A stretch of 64,000 nucleotides of DNA from Escherichia coli (GTDB lineage: Bacteria > Pseudomonadota > Gammaproteobacteria > Enterobacterales > Enterobacteriaceae): assembly GCF_024502345.1 (NCBI RefSeq), contig NZ_JALDNN010000001.1. One strand, written 5' to 3'. The notes beneath the pieces are model-generated. The model did no database searches. It was not told the DNA's origin and worked only from the letters and a program-made list of their open reading frames with translations. Position numbers and translations under genes: made by a program. This document shows, piece after piece, positions 19,330-29,283 of the stretch; position 1 is the stretch's first letter, and each line of letters begins with the position of its first letter.

Positions 19330-20460
19330 CTACAGTTTCATGATCTTGTTCGCTATTTTTTCGAAGTAAACCTCATTCTTAAGAAGAGTGATATTGTTTG
19401 TTTGAACACCCAGACCACTGGAGGTTGACTGGAAGTTGAGTGAACCACTTATCACTGTGGACTTTCCTGATAAAAATGAAATCAACTCCTTGGAAGATGG
19501 TGCCCACTCAGGGTTTAAGAGTAATGCAATATAGATATATGTCTTACGAAGCAATTGTTCTATATCTTTTTTATGCCCTGTAGTGTTTTGCTTACCTTTA
19601 ATGCAAATAGATTTGATTATGAACTCATCAGGGCTGGTTAAAGGCGTTTTAAACTCACTCAGTGATCCATCGTTATGAATGACTTCATAAGGCAGCATAG
19701 ATAAAATGATCAATGCAATCATTTTAGGATGATAAAGGTAGTTATCACGAATGATTTTTCCTGCCTTCATTGTATTGAGCGTTGTTTGAATAAATACAAA
19801 AAGATATTCAGAGCAAAAGTAACAAAACACAAGCCAGGATAGGTCAATGGATGGAATGTTAATATCCTTAGGTAGTTTGTTTAGCCAGTATTCAGACTTC
19901 AAAAAGGTCCTGATTTCAACAGTATATTCATGCATTTTTGCGCTGAAATCAAGCATTGCTACTTGACCTGATTGTTCCGTAACTGTGTGGTCTATAAATG
20001 TTAGTGTATTGCACATTTTATCCAGCGTGTTTTGAAAACAAGAAAGGAGTTCGGCATTATTATTACCATTAACCGCAGATGAAAGTTCAGTTTTAATAAA
20101 TGCATCCAGTAGCATACAGATTTCTTTCGGAATGACATTTTTACGGGATTGCTGTGAATAGAAATGTACTGCCAGTAAATTAAAGGCAGTGCACTCCTTT
20201 TTTAACCATTGTTCGAGCACTGGGACGTGCTGAAAAAAATTGATATGCTTAGCAGTAGATGCTGATGGAGATAGTACATGAAGAATATCTACAGCAGGCT
20301 TCATTTGCAATATTTGATCGGATTCGGTAGTCGTCATTAGTTCCAGTAATTGCTGTTCAGAAAATAGTTTAGACAGGTGATCAATGTCTTTTTGGTATTG
20401 ATTAAGTTTTGTTAAATTCCCCGGTATACGGGTTACATTGTTTTTCATTTTCTCGAACAT
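19330..20460 (-). CDS. Hypothetical protein, AT-rich, no recognisable domain
   Basis: 376-aa ORF in a low-GC block; Lys/Asn/Ile-rich. Confidence 0.5.
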   Translation of the reverse strand: MFEKMKNNVTRIPGNLTKLNQYQKDIDHLSKLFSEQQLLELMTTTESDQILQMKPAVDILHVLSPSASTAKHINFFQHVPVLEQWLKKECTAFNLLAVHFYSQQSRKNVIPKEICMLLDAFIKTELSSAVNGNNNAELLSCFQNTLDKMCNTLTFIDHTVTEQSGQVAMLDFSAKMHEYTVEIRTFLKSEYWLNKLPKDINIPSIDLSWLVFCYFCSEYLFVFIQTTLNTMKAGKIIRDNYLYHPKMIALIILSMLPYEVIHNDGSLSEFKTPLTSPDEFIIKSICIKGKQNTTGHKKDIEQLLRKTYIYIALLLNPEWAPSSKELISFLSGKSTVISGSLNFQSTSSGLGVQTNNITLLKNEVYFEKIANKIMKL

Positions 20461-20966
20461 AATTTTATCCTCGTTTGAATTATTACACTGATTTAAAAAG
20501 TAGCATGTCGTGTTAGCGAGGTAATCCTAAAACGTGAATGGCAGCAGGGGCAAGCTTGAATCTGCGTAAGGATATGGCTTGAATTTAATGGTGTAATCAG
20601 TGAGTTAGAGGCTTATAGCCATTTAAATACAATAAGTTATGATAATATATGGCGGGTGTAAATCGGTTAGTTTTTATGGTTAAAATATGAGCATTGTGAG
20701 ATTTGAGATATGATGGTTTTTAAATTACATACAAGTTACCCCTGATGATCAGTATTAATACCAGAATGATACATGCGAGCAGCACCCAATCCTGTACTAT
20801 TTATGATGGCTATACAAGGCTGAAACTTTGAGTCGTATGTTGCCAGGAGGATTAATGTCCACAAGGCCCAGATAGAATGATTTCTCAGATATTAAAGTTG
20901 AAACTTATTAACTATGTGAGAGGCTGATATTTATTCAGTCTCTCATTTGTTTTTATCGTTTTAAAG

Positions 20967-22202
20967 TTAAAAGGAAATAAATAATGCCTTCCGCCGATGA
21001 ATCAGTGTACTGATTTCTCGAAAATCAGCCTCAATACTACCAACATCACCAAAGACTTCACCACTAATCTCTCTTCGATTTTTCATGAAATTGGTGCTTA
21101 ATAAGCTTTCTTTTTTTAGTGTCACTAATTTTGGTTTTATATCGTTATAGAAATGCTTACGGCTTACCCTGATGCTATGAATCGAGTAGTAAACTGTTTT
21201 ATACATCAAAAATATAAGTAACTGGCCGAGAAGATATTCTTTTTCAATGTATTTATATTGAGAGGATTTTTCGCGTTTCGCCAGGTAGAAAACATGAGGT
21301 GCGATGATGGTGGGGATGAAATCCAGTGCTGGAGAGGTTTTGGTTTTTTCTGTTTCTCTTCCGGATTGAAGATGTTGAAGTACAGAGTATACAATGCTTA
21401 AAATTATGGCGTTACTTATATTATTAATTGCAGTTGGGTAAATATGCAGATTGCTTATCAATTCTGAAAGGCAAAGTAAAACACCAGTGATGTTGGGTTT
21501 TCTGCCGGAGATTGTGGTGCTGTTGAAAATGTGACGATTCTTACGACTTATATTGACAAGTTTATGAGTGCAGAACTCTATATGTTCGACGATTTTATCT
21601 TGACTATTTTTAATGTATTTTGAAATGTTAGTGATCCGGCCATTCAACGTTAGTTCATCAAGCAATATATCATTTTTAATATTGCGAATTTCATCGCAAT
21701 GTTCACATTGAGAAACTATCTCATGTAATACATAACTCGACGTATTGCGGGGTGACGCTGATATGTAATCTAAAATAGAAGGCTCGATTTTGATTTTTTG
21801 TTTGTATTTTTTAATGCACTGTTTGATTGTTTTTTGTAGAGTATTTGAGATGTGTTTTTTATATTCTTTTAGAAAATCTTGCTCTAAAAAGAGTGAGGAG
21901 AAGATCAACTGCTGGCGAGATAATTTAATCTCAGGCTTGATCAATTTAATCCGAAAAACTCTTCCCTCCAACTCATAGCTGAACATGGAAGATAAGTCAT
22001 AGTGGGGTGATAAATGTTCGAGTAACGACATTCGTGTATTCATTAGCCGCTTGAATTTATGGTCAGCATACATAAGTGTTTTTTTTATTTGCTCATCATA
22101 AAGTGGGCCGATAGCGCAGTTGGCAATACTCATTCTATCCGGAGACCTCCAGTCAGCAGGGGAATCACATTGACGGTCATCATTACTATCAAAGGGCATC
22201 AA
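20967..22202 (-). CDS. Hypothetical protein, AT-rich, no recognisable domain
   Basis: 411-aa ORF in a low-GC block; no Walker or nuclease motifs seen. Confidence 0.5.
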   Translation of the reverse strand: MMPFDSNDDRQCDSPADWRSPDRMSIANCAIGPLYDEQIKKTLMYADHKFKRLMNTRMSLLEHLSPHYDLSSMFSYELEGRVFRIKLIKPEIKLSRQQLIFSSLFLEQDFLKEYKKHISNTLQKTIKQCIKKYKQKIKIEPSILDYISASPRNTSSYVLHEIVSQCEHCDEIRNIKNDILLDELTLNGRITNISKYIKNSQDKIVEHIEFCTHKLVNISRKNRHIFNSTTISGRKPNITGVLLCLSELISNLHIYPTAINNISNAIILSIVYSVLQHLQSGRETEKTKTSPALDFIPTIIAPHVFYLAKREKSSQYKYIEKEYLLGQLLIFLMYKTVYYSIHSIRVSRKHFYNDIKPKLVTLKKESLLSTNFMKNRREISGEVFGDVGSIEADFREISTLIHRRKALFISF

Positions 22203-22505
22203 CGTTGCCGATTATGGATCATGTCAGCTCCACACACCAGAACGGGTGATATATGGATCATCATTACCCCAACGGCAGTTTTACACCATGGCTAATATGG
22301 ATGCTATCTTACTAAGATAATTGGTTTTTAGCGAGTGACGAGCCCGGTTGTGTCAGTCTGTCTCATGTCGATATTACGGGGATGATGCAAACCTGAATGC
22401 TGCGATATTGGCGTGTCAGGGGAGGCATCTTACGGTATCATTTACCGCAATTTTTAAGATGCAAAGCCCTGCATCGCTAGCTTTTTCTTCAGACCAGGAT
22501 GATTC

Positions 22506-24029
22506 ATGAACGACAAAATCAGTCAGGACACGATCAACAAAGCCCTGTGGGCCGCGTGTGATACGTTCCGTGGCACCATCAGTGCTGATACCTATAAAGA
22601 CTTTATCCTTACCATGCTATTCCTTAAGTACATTTCGGATGTCTGGCAGGATCACTACGACGAATATAAAGTGCAATATGGTGATGAGCCGGAACTGATT
22701 GAAGCGATGATGGCGAACGAGCGCTTCGTGTTGCCGAAAAGCGCCAGTTTCTATGCGTTGTACGAGCGACGTCATGAGCCGGGCAACGGTGAGCGTATCG
22801 ATCAGGCGCTGCATGCGATTGAAGAAGCCAACGGCACCAAACTGAAAGATGCCGGGAAAAGTGTCTTCCAGGATATTTCGTTTAACACTGACCGTCTGGG
22901 CGAAGAAAAACAGAAGAACACCATCCTGCGTCAGTTGCTGGAAGACTTTGCCGGTGAAGATCTTAACCTGAAGCCAAGCCGTGTCGGTACGCTGGACGTT
23001 ATCGGTAATGCTTACGAATATCTGATCAAAAACTTTGCTGCCAGCGGTGGGCAGAAAGCCGGGGAATTCTATACCCCACCGGAAGTTTCGGATCTCATCG
23101 CTGAACTGCTTGATCCTCAACCCGGTGATACAATCTGCGACCCGGCCTGTGGTTCCGGTTCGTTGCTAATGAAGTGCGGGCGTAAAATTGTCTCAGGACA
23201 TGATAGCCGCAACTATGCGTTGTTCGGTCAGGAAGCGATTGGCTCCACGTGGTCGCTGGCGAAAATGAACATGTTCCTGCACGGCGAAGATAACCACAAA
23301 ATCGAGTGGGGCGATACCATTCGTAACCCGAAGTTGTTGGATAAAAACGGCGACCTGATGCTGTTTGATATCGTGACCGCAAACCCACCGTTCAGCCTGG
23401 ATAAGTGGGGCCATGACGAGGCCGAGAATGATAAGTTTGGGCGTTTCCGTCGCGGTGTACCGCCGAAGACTAAAGGGGATTACGCCTTTATCTCGCATAT
23501 GATCGAAACCCTGAAACCGGGAACGGGTCGTATGGGCGTAGTGGTGCCGCACGGTGTGCTGTTCCGTGGCTCCAGCGAAGGCAAAATTCGTCAGAAGCTG
23601 ATTGATGAAAACCTACTCGATGCGGTGATTGGCCTGCCTGAAAAACTGTTCTACGGTACGGGTATTCCTGCTGCAATTCTGATTTTTAAAAAGCAGAAAG
23701 TGGATGACAAGGTGCTGTTTATCGACGCCAGCCGTGAATTTAAGGCAGGTAAAAACCAGAACCAGCTCAGCGCAGAAAACATCGAGAAAATCGTCAAGAC
23801 CTACCGTGATGGCGATAGCGTCGAGAAATATGCCTACCTTGCCAGCCTGAAGGAGATTCAGGACAACGATTACAACCTCAATATTCCGCGCTATGTCGAT
23901 ACCTTTGAAGAAGAAGAAGATATCGATTTACTTGCCGTTCGTGCTGAGCGGGAGGAATTGAAAGCGGAACTGGCGAAATTGGAAACGCAGATGGCGGGTT
24001 ATCTGGAGGAGCTGGGTTATGGTGCCTAA
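22506..24029 (+). CDS. hsdM: Type I restriction-modification N6-adenine DNA methyltransferase subunit
   Basis: 507 aa; SAM-binding DPACGSGSLL and catalytic NPPF (VTANPPFSL). Confidence 0.9.
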   Translation: MNDKISQDTINKALWAACDTFRGTISADTYKDFILTMLFLKYISDVWQDHYDEYKVQYGDEPELIEAMMANERFVLPKSASFYALYERRHEPGNGERIDQALHAIEEANGTKLKDAGKSVFQDISFNTDRLGEEKQKNTILRQLLEDFAGEDLNLKPSRVGTLDVIGNAYEYLIKNFAASGGQKAGEFYTPPEVSDLIAELLDPQPGDTICDPACGSGSLLMKCGRKIVSGHDSRNYALFGQEAIGSTWSLAKMNMFLHGEDNHKIEWGDTIRNPKLLDKNGDLMLFDIVTANPPFSLDKWGHDEAENDKFGRFRRGVPPKTKGDYAFISHMIETLKPGTGRMGVVVPHGVLFRGSSEGKIRQKLIDENLLDAVIGLPEKLFYGTGIPAAILIFKKQKVDDKVLFIDASREFKAGKNQNQLSAENIEKIVKTYRDGDSVEKYAYLASLKEIQDNDYNLNIPRYVDTFEEEEDIDLLAVRAEREELKAELAKLETQMAGYLEELGYGA

Positions 24030-25266
24030 GGGGTGGAAACGAGTACCGATTAAGGATGTGTGCGAGTCTATAATCGATTGCGTAAATAAAACAGCTCCAG
24101 TTGTTGATTATGAAACTCCCTTTAAGATGATTCGTACCACGAATGTACGTAATGGAAGGGTTAATACTGAAGACGTCAGATATGTGACTGAAGACACTTA
24201 CCTGCAATGGGTTCGACGCGGAAAACCGCAAGTAGGTGATATCATCTTTACACGTGAAGCACCTGTAGGAGAAGCAGGTGTCCTGCAAGATGCTGAAGGT
24301 ATTTTCCTCGGGCAAAGAACGATGATGTATCGAGCTGATACCTGCCTTTCAGATAACTATTTCTTGTTCTACTCGTTATCAAGTCCCTTCTGCCAGAAAC
24401 AAATTGAAGATTTTAGCAATGGCGGTACTGTAGCTCATATGAGAGTTCCAGATTGCGGTGAGATATTGATCAATCTACCGCCTTTCCTCGAACAAAAGAA
24501 AATCGCCCAAATCCTGTCAACCTGGGATAAGGCGATTTCGGTGACGGAAAAGCTTCTCACCAACAGCCAGCAGCAGAAAAAAGCCCTGATGCAGCAATTG
24601 CTTACTGGGAAGAAACGCTTGCTGGATGAGAATGGGACAAGGTTTTCTGAAACTTGGAAATTATATGCCTTATCGAAATTATTTCAGAGAGTTACGACTA
24701 AAAACAATGGAAAAAGCAACAATGTTGTAACCATTTCTGGACAACATGGTTTGATTAAACAGGAAGACTTTTTCAAGAAAACAGTCGCATCAGATACCCT
24801 TGATGGTTATTTCTTATTAAAAAAAGGGCAGTTTGCTTACAATAAAAGTTACTCTAATGGTTATCCGATGGGTGCAATAAAAAGATTAAATCGATATCCA
24901 GAGGGAGTAGTAACAACTCTGTATATATGTTTTGAACTTACTACACCCAAAAAATCATGTGGTGACTATTGGGAGCATTATTTTGAGTCAGGGCTTTTGA
25001 ATAACAGTTTGTCTCAAATTGCTCATGAAGGTGGACGGGCTCATGGCTTGCTAAATGTAAAACCTTCGGACTTCTTTTCATTAAAAGTTGCGGTTCCTGG
25101 CTTTGAAGAGCAACAAAAAATCGCATTAGTTCTGTCCGCTGCCGACACCGAAATCTCCACACTGGAGAAAAAACTCGCCTGCCTGAAAGACGAGAAGAAA
25201 GCCTTGATGCAGCAACTGCTGACCGGGAAACGTCGGGTGAAAGTGGATGAGGCGGTTGCCGTATGA
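24019..25266 (+). CDS. hsdS: Type I restriction-modification specificity subunit
   Basis: 415 aa; two target-recognition halves each followed by the conserved repeat KKALMQQLLTGK(K/R)R; overlaps hsdM stop. Confidence 0.88.
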   Translation: MVPKGWKRVPIKDVCESIIDCVNKTAPVVDYETPFKMIRTTNVRNGRVNTEDVRYVTEDTYLQWVRRGKPQVGDIIFTREAPVGEAGVLQDAEGIFLGQRTMMYRADTCLSDNYFLFYSLSSPFCQKQIEDFSNGGTVAHMRVPDCGEILINLPPFLEQKKIAQILSTWDKAISVTEKLLTNSQQQKKALMQQLLTGKKRLLDENGTRFSETWKLYALSKLFQRVTTKNNGKSNNVVTISGQHGLIKQEDFFKKTVASDTLDGYFLLKKGQFAYNKSYSNGYPMGAIKRLNRYPEGVVTTLYICFELTTPKKSCGDYWEHYFESGLLNNSLSQIAHEGGRAHGLLNVKPSDFFSLKVAVPGFEEQQKIALVLSAADTEISTLEKKLACLKDEKKALMQQLLTGKRRVKVDEAVAV

Positions 25267-25946
25267 AACTGACGAAAAGCGGTCCACTGACTGACCGGGA
25301 AATCGACTGGCTGGAAGAAATATTAATGAAGTATGGAATGGATGATTCTGTACTCTGTTTCTCTGAGCTGGATGGATTGCTGACGGCGATTTTATCAGGT
25401 CCAAATATGGTTTCACCCAATATCTGGCTGAGTGCTATTTGGGGAGGAGGCGATTATCATCCGAAATGGTCATCTGAGAGAGAGATGGAGCGTTTTGTCA
25501 GTCTGTGTTTTCAGCATATGAACGATATCGCTGGTTGCCTTTATGACGCCCCTGAACTGTTTGAGCCGATTTTCAATGAGCGTGAGGTAAAGGGGGAAAA
25601 ATATACCATTGTGGAAGAGTGGTGTTTTGGTTATATGAAAGGAAAGTCACTGGATGACTGGTCTGGTCTTCCCGGTGAGTTACGGCCTTCTCTGGAAGTG
25701 ATCGCTCTTCATGGCGTGGAGAAGAATTTTCCTGTACTTGAGAAAATGACCGGAGAGCAGTTTGAGAAAAGTATTTCCCTTATTCAGCCTGCTGCACTGG
25801 CACTTTATCAGTACTGGTTGTCAGTGAGAATGTCAGAGGCATCATCCCGGCCTGTTCCAGTGAAGGGGGCAGAAAACATGCCCGGGCGAAATGACCCGTG
25901 TCCGTGTGGCAGCGGTAAAAAATTTAAGAAGTGCTGTCTGCATTGA
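25263..25946 (+). CDS. YecA-like (UPF0149) protein with C-terminal SEC-C metal-binding motif, embedded between hsdS and hsdR
   Basis: 227 aa; C-terminus [20 protein letters not shown]; alignable along its length with chromosomal YecA at 34841-35506. Confidence 0.75.
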   Translation: MKLTKSGPLTDREIDWLEEILMKYGMDDSVLCFSELDGLLTAILSGPNMVSPNIWLSAIWGGGDYHPKWSSEREMERFVSLCFQHMNDIAGCLYDAPELFEPIFNEREVKGEKYTIVEEWCFGYMKGKSLDDWSGLPGELRPSLEVIALHGVEKNFPVLEKMTGEQFEKSISLIQPAALALYQYWLSVRMSEASSRPVPVKGAENMPGRNDPCPCGSGKKFKKCCLH

Positions 25947-25995
25947 TGAATCTTCATGTGACCAGTAGCGAGTAGCGCCAGAAAGAAAAGGATTA

Positions 25996-28900
25996 ATGAT
26001 GAACCAGACGTACACGCCAAAATTCCAGGAAGAATACAGCGCCAAAATTCCGGCACTGACGTTACTGACCAGCCTCGGCTGGACGTTTTTATCTCCGAAA
26101 CAGATTATGGATTACCGGGGCTATAAACAGGATGAGGTGGTGCTGCGTCCGGTTCTGCGTGAAGAGCTGTCGAAGCGTTCCTTTATGGCGGGTGGCAAAA
26201 CCTGCCAGTTATCGGAAAAAGCACTGGATAACCTGATATCACAGGTCTGTTCTCCGGCGCTGAATGAAGGGCTGCTCAAAGCCAATGAACGGATGTATAA
26301 CCATCTGCTCTACGGTATCGCCGTCACGGAGTTTGTCGATGGCAAGAAGGTCAACCCCACCATTGCGCTGATCGACTGGGAACATCCGGAAAATAACCAG
26401 TTCCACTTTACTGAAGAATTTACGGTATTGCGGTCAGGTGGTGTTGAAACCCGGAGGCCAGATATTGTCTGCTTTGTTAATGGTATCCCGCTGGCTGTTA
26501 TTGAAGCGAAAAGCCCGGCTGGTCATGGCAAGAAAGGGCCAACCATTGACGAGGGGATATCCCAGAGTATCCGCAACCAGTTCAACGATGAAATCCCGCA
26601 GCTGTTTGTCTACAGCCAGTTATTACTTTCGATTAACGGTCATGACGGGCGCTACGGTACATGCCATACGCCAATGAAATTCTGGGCGGCATGGCGCGAA
26701 GAAGATATTACCGATGCGCAGATGTATGCTCTGCGCAACCATCCTTTATCGACTGAACAAATTCATGCGTTGTTTGATCATCGTCCATCAGCCGATCTCA
26801 ACTGGTACCAACAGTTAATCGCCGCCGGTGAACTGGCTGTCAGTGGACAGGACAAACTGCTCATCAGCCTGCTTTCGCCGGAACGTCTGCTGGAGATGAC
26901 CCGCTTCTTCACTCTGTTTGATAAAAAGACCGGGAAAATTGTCGCCCGCTATCAGCAGGTGTTCGGTATTAAAAGACTGCTGGAGCGCATCAGTACCCGC
27001 AGACCCGATGGGGGCAGGGAAGGTGGTGTTATCTGGCATACCACCGGCTCTGGCAAATCGTACACCATGGTGTTCCTCAGCAAGGCGCTGATTCTTCATG
27101 ACAGCCTGAAGCGGTGTCGTATCGTGGTGGTGACGGACCGTATCGATCTTGAAGAACAGCTCAGCAGTACCTTTGCATCCGGCGGCGAGTTGGCCGGGAA
27201 AAAAGACAAAGCCAATGCAATGGCGACATCCGGGCAGATGCTGGCGAAACAGATTGGCTCCGGTAAAGAACGCATCATTTTCACCCTAATCCAGAAATTT
27301 AATTCAGCGACAAAACTTCCTGAATGCGTCAATACCAGCCCCGATATCATCGTTCTGGTTGATGAAGGACACCGTAGCCAGGGTGGTGAGAACCATGTGC
27401 GAATGAAACTGGCACTGCCGAACGCCGCCTTTGTGGCATTTACTGGTACGCCATTGCTAAAAGAAGATAAGACCACCAATAAATTCGGACCGATTGTCCA
27501 CGCTTATACCATGCAGCGAGCGGTAGAAGATAAAGCCGTTACACCTTTGCTGTATGAAGAACGTATTCCCGACCTTGAGGTTAACGATCGGGCAATAGAT
27601 GCCTGGTTTGATCGTATTACCGATGGGTTAAGCGAAGCGCAAAAAGCCGACCTGAAGCGTAAATATGCCCGTAAAGGTGAGGTTTATAGTGCAGATGATC
27701 GCATCCGTCTGATCGCACTCGATATCGCCACGCACTTCTCGAAGAATATTGATGAGGGACTGAAAGGCCAGCTTGCCTGCGACAGCAAGATTTCCGCCAT
27801 CAAATATAAAAAGTATCTTGATGAAGCCGGGTTGTTTGAGTCAGCTGTAGTTATCAGCCCGCCGGATACCCGGGAAGGGAATACCGAAGTGGATGAAAGC
27901 AAACTGCCGGAAGTGACGAAATGGTGGAAGGATAATGTCGGCACGCAGGATGAGTCTGTGTATACCCGTAATGTCATCAGTCGTTTCGATACCGATGAGA
28001 AGCTCAAATTGCTGATAGTCGTTGATAAACTGCTCACCGGGTTTGATGAGCCGAAGAATACCGTGCTGTATATCGACAAGCCGCTTAAGTCCCACAACCT
28101 TATCCAGGCGATTGCGCGGGTGAACCGACTGCATCCACTAAAAAAGTTCGGTCTGCTGATTGATTATCGCGGTATTCTGGCTGAGCTGGACACGACTATC
28201 GGCAAATATCAGGACCTCGCCTCCCGAACTCAGGGCGGATACGATATCAAAGATATTGACGGGCTGTACAGCGCCATGAGCTCTGAATACAAGCGCCTGC
28301 CGCATCTGTATAACCAGCTGTGGGCCATATTTGCCGGTGTTAAAAACAAAAATGATACTGAGCAGTTACGTGCGGTACTGGTGCCTAAAATGGAAGAACG
28401 TGACGGAGAGATGGTCGATATCCATCAGAAAACCCGTGATGATTTCTTCGAGGCGTTAACGGCCTTTGCCGGATGCCTGAAAGTGGCACTGCAGTCCGCT
28501 ACCTTCTTCACCGACAAGAGCTTTACGGAACAAGACCGAAATCTCTATAAAGAAACCGTAAAACAGATGTCCAGCCTGCGCCAGTGGGCGATGCAGGTAA
28601 GTGGAGAGCAGGTCAATTATGACGACTACGCTGAGCAGGTGAAAAAACTGCTGGATAAGCATGTCACCGGCGTTGAAGTTCGTGAACCGGATGGCGTGTA
28701 TGAAGTCGGTAAAATGGGCAAGAGCGAAAAGCCCGAAGAGTGGGACAACAATAAAACCCGCAATGAAACCGACATCATTAAAACCCGTGTGACAAAGATG
28801 ATTGAGCAGGAATTGCGTGATGACCCGTATGCTCAGGAGGCATTTTCAAAACTCCTGCGTATGGCTATCGAAGAGGCTGAAAAACTGTTTGACCATCCGC

Positions 28901-29283
28901 TGAAACAGTACCTTTTGTTCCGTGAATTTGAAGAACAGGTTGAAGCCCGTAAGCTCAGCGATATCCCGGATGCACTGGCGGTAAACAAGCATGCTCAGGC
29001 GTATTACGGTGTATTTAAAAAAGAGCTACCTGAGGTTTTTGCGGTAAACGACGTTCAGGTGCAGGATAAGTGGACGAAGCTGGCTTTTGAAGTGGACAAC
29101 ATTATCGTCAAAGCGGTGGCAGAAAACTCCCTGAACCCCCAGGACATTGAGAAAGTCGTTAAGACAAGTCTGCTACCACTGCTGTTTACGGCCTGCCGGG
29201 AAATTGGTGCCGGAATGAATCAGGTTAACCGTATTGTTGAAACCATCATCCAGATACTGCGCGTTGGTTTGATGAAATCATGA
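25996..29283 (+). CDS. hsdR: Type I restriction enzyme R subunit (nuclease/helicase)
   Basis: 1095 aa; helicase motif I TTGSGKS, motif II DEGHRSQ, N-terminal nuclease region. Confidence 0.9.
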   Translation: MMNQTYTPKFQEEYSAKIPALTLLTSLGWTFLSPKQIMDYRGYKQDEVVLRPVLREELSKRSFMAGGKTCQLSEKALDNLISQVCSPALNEGLLKANERMYNHLLYGIAVTEFVDGKKVNPTIALIDWEHPENNQFHFTEEFTVLRSGGVETRRPDIVCFVNGIPLAVIEAKSPAGHGKKGPTIDEGISQSIRNQFNDEIPQLFVYSQLLLSINGHDGRYGTCHTPMKFWAAWREEDITDAQMYALRNHPLSTEQIHALFDHRPSADLNWYQQLIAAGELAVSGQDKLLISLLSPERLLEMTRFFTLFDKKTGKIVARYQQVFGIKRLLERISTRRPDGGREGGVIWHTTGSGKSYTMVFLSKALILHDSLKRCRIVVVTDRIDLEEQLSSTFASGGELAGKKDKANAMATSGQMLAKQIGSGKERIIFTLIQKFNSATKLPECVNTSPDIIVLVDEGHRSQGGENHVRMKLALPNAAFVAFTGTPLLKEDKTTNKFGPIVHAYTMQRAVEDKAVTPLLYEERIPDLEVNDRAIDAWFDRITDGLSEAQKADLKRKYARKGEVYSADDRIRLIALDIATHFSKNIDEGLKGQLACDSKISAIKYKKYLDEAGLFESAVVISPPDTREGNTEVDESKLPEVTKWWKDNVGTQDESVYTRNVISRFDTDEKLKLLIVVDKLLTGFDEPKNTVLYIDKPLKSHNLIQAIARVNRLHPLKKFGLLIDYRGILAELDTTIGKYQDLASRTQGGYDIKDIDGLYSAMSSEYKRLPHLYNQLWAIFAGVKNKNDTEQLRAVLVPKMEERDGEMVDIHQKTRDDFFEALTAFAGCLKVALQSATFFTDKSFTEQDRNLYKETVKQMSSLRQWAMQVSGEQVNYDDYAEQVKKLLDKHVTGVEVREPDGVYEVGKMGKSEKPEEWDNNKTRNETDIIKTRVTKMIEQELRDDPYAQEAFSKLLRMAIEEAEKLFDHPLKQYLLFREFEEQVEARKLSDIPDALAVNKHAQAYYGVFKKELPEVFAVNDVQVQDKWTKLAFEVDNIIVKAVAENSLNPQDIEKVVKTSLLPLLFTACREIGAGMNQVNRIVETIIQILRVGLMKS

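Noticed and set aside
22617-23676. Several minus-strand ORFs (62-167 aa) inside hsdM
   Set aside because: Antisense to a gene with clear methyltransferase motifs; Arg/His-rich low-complexity translations typical of wrong-frame reading.
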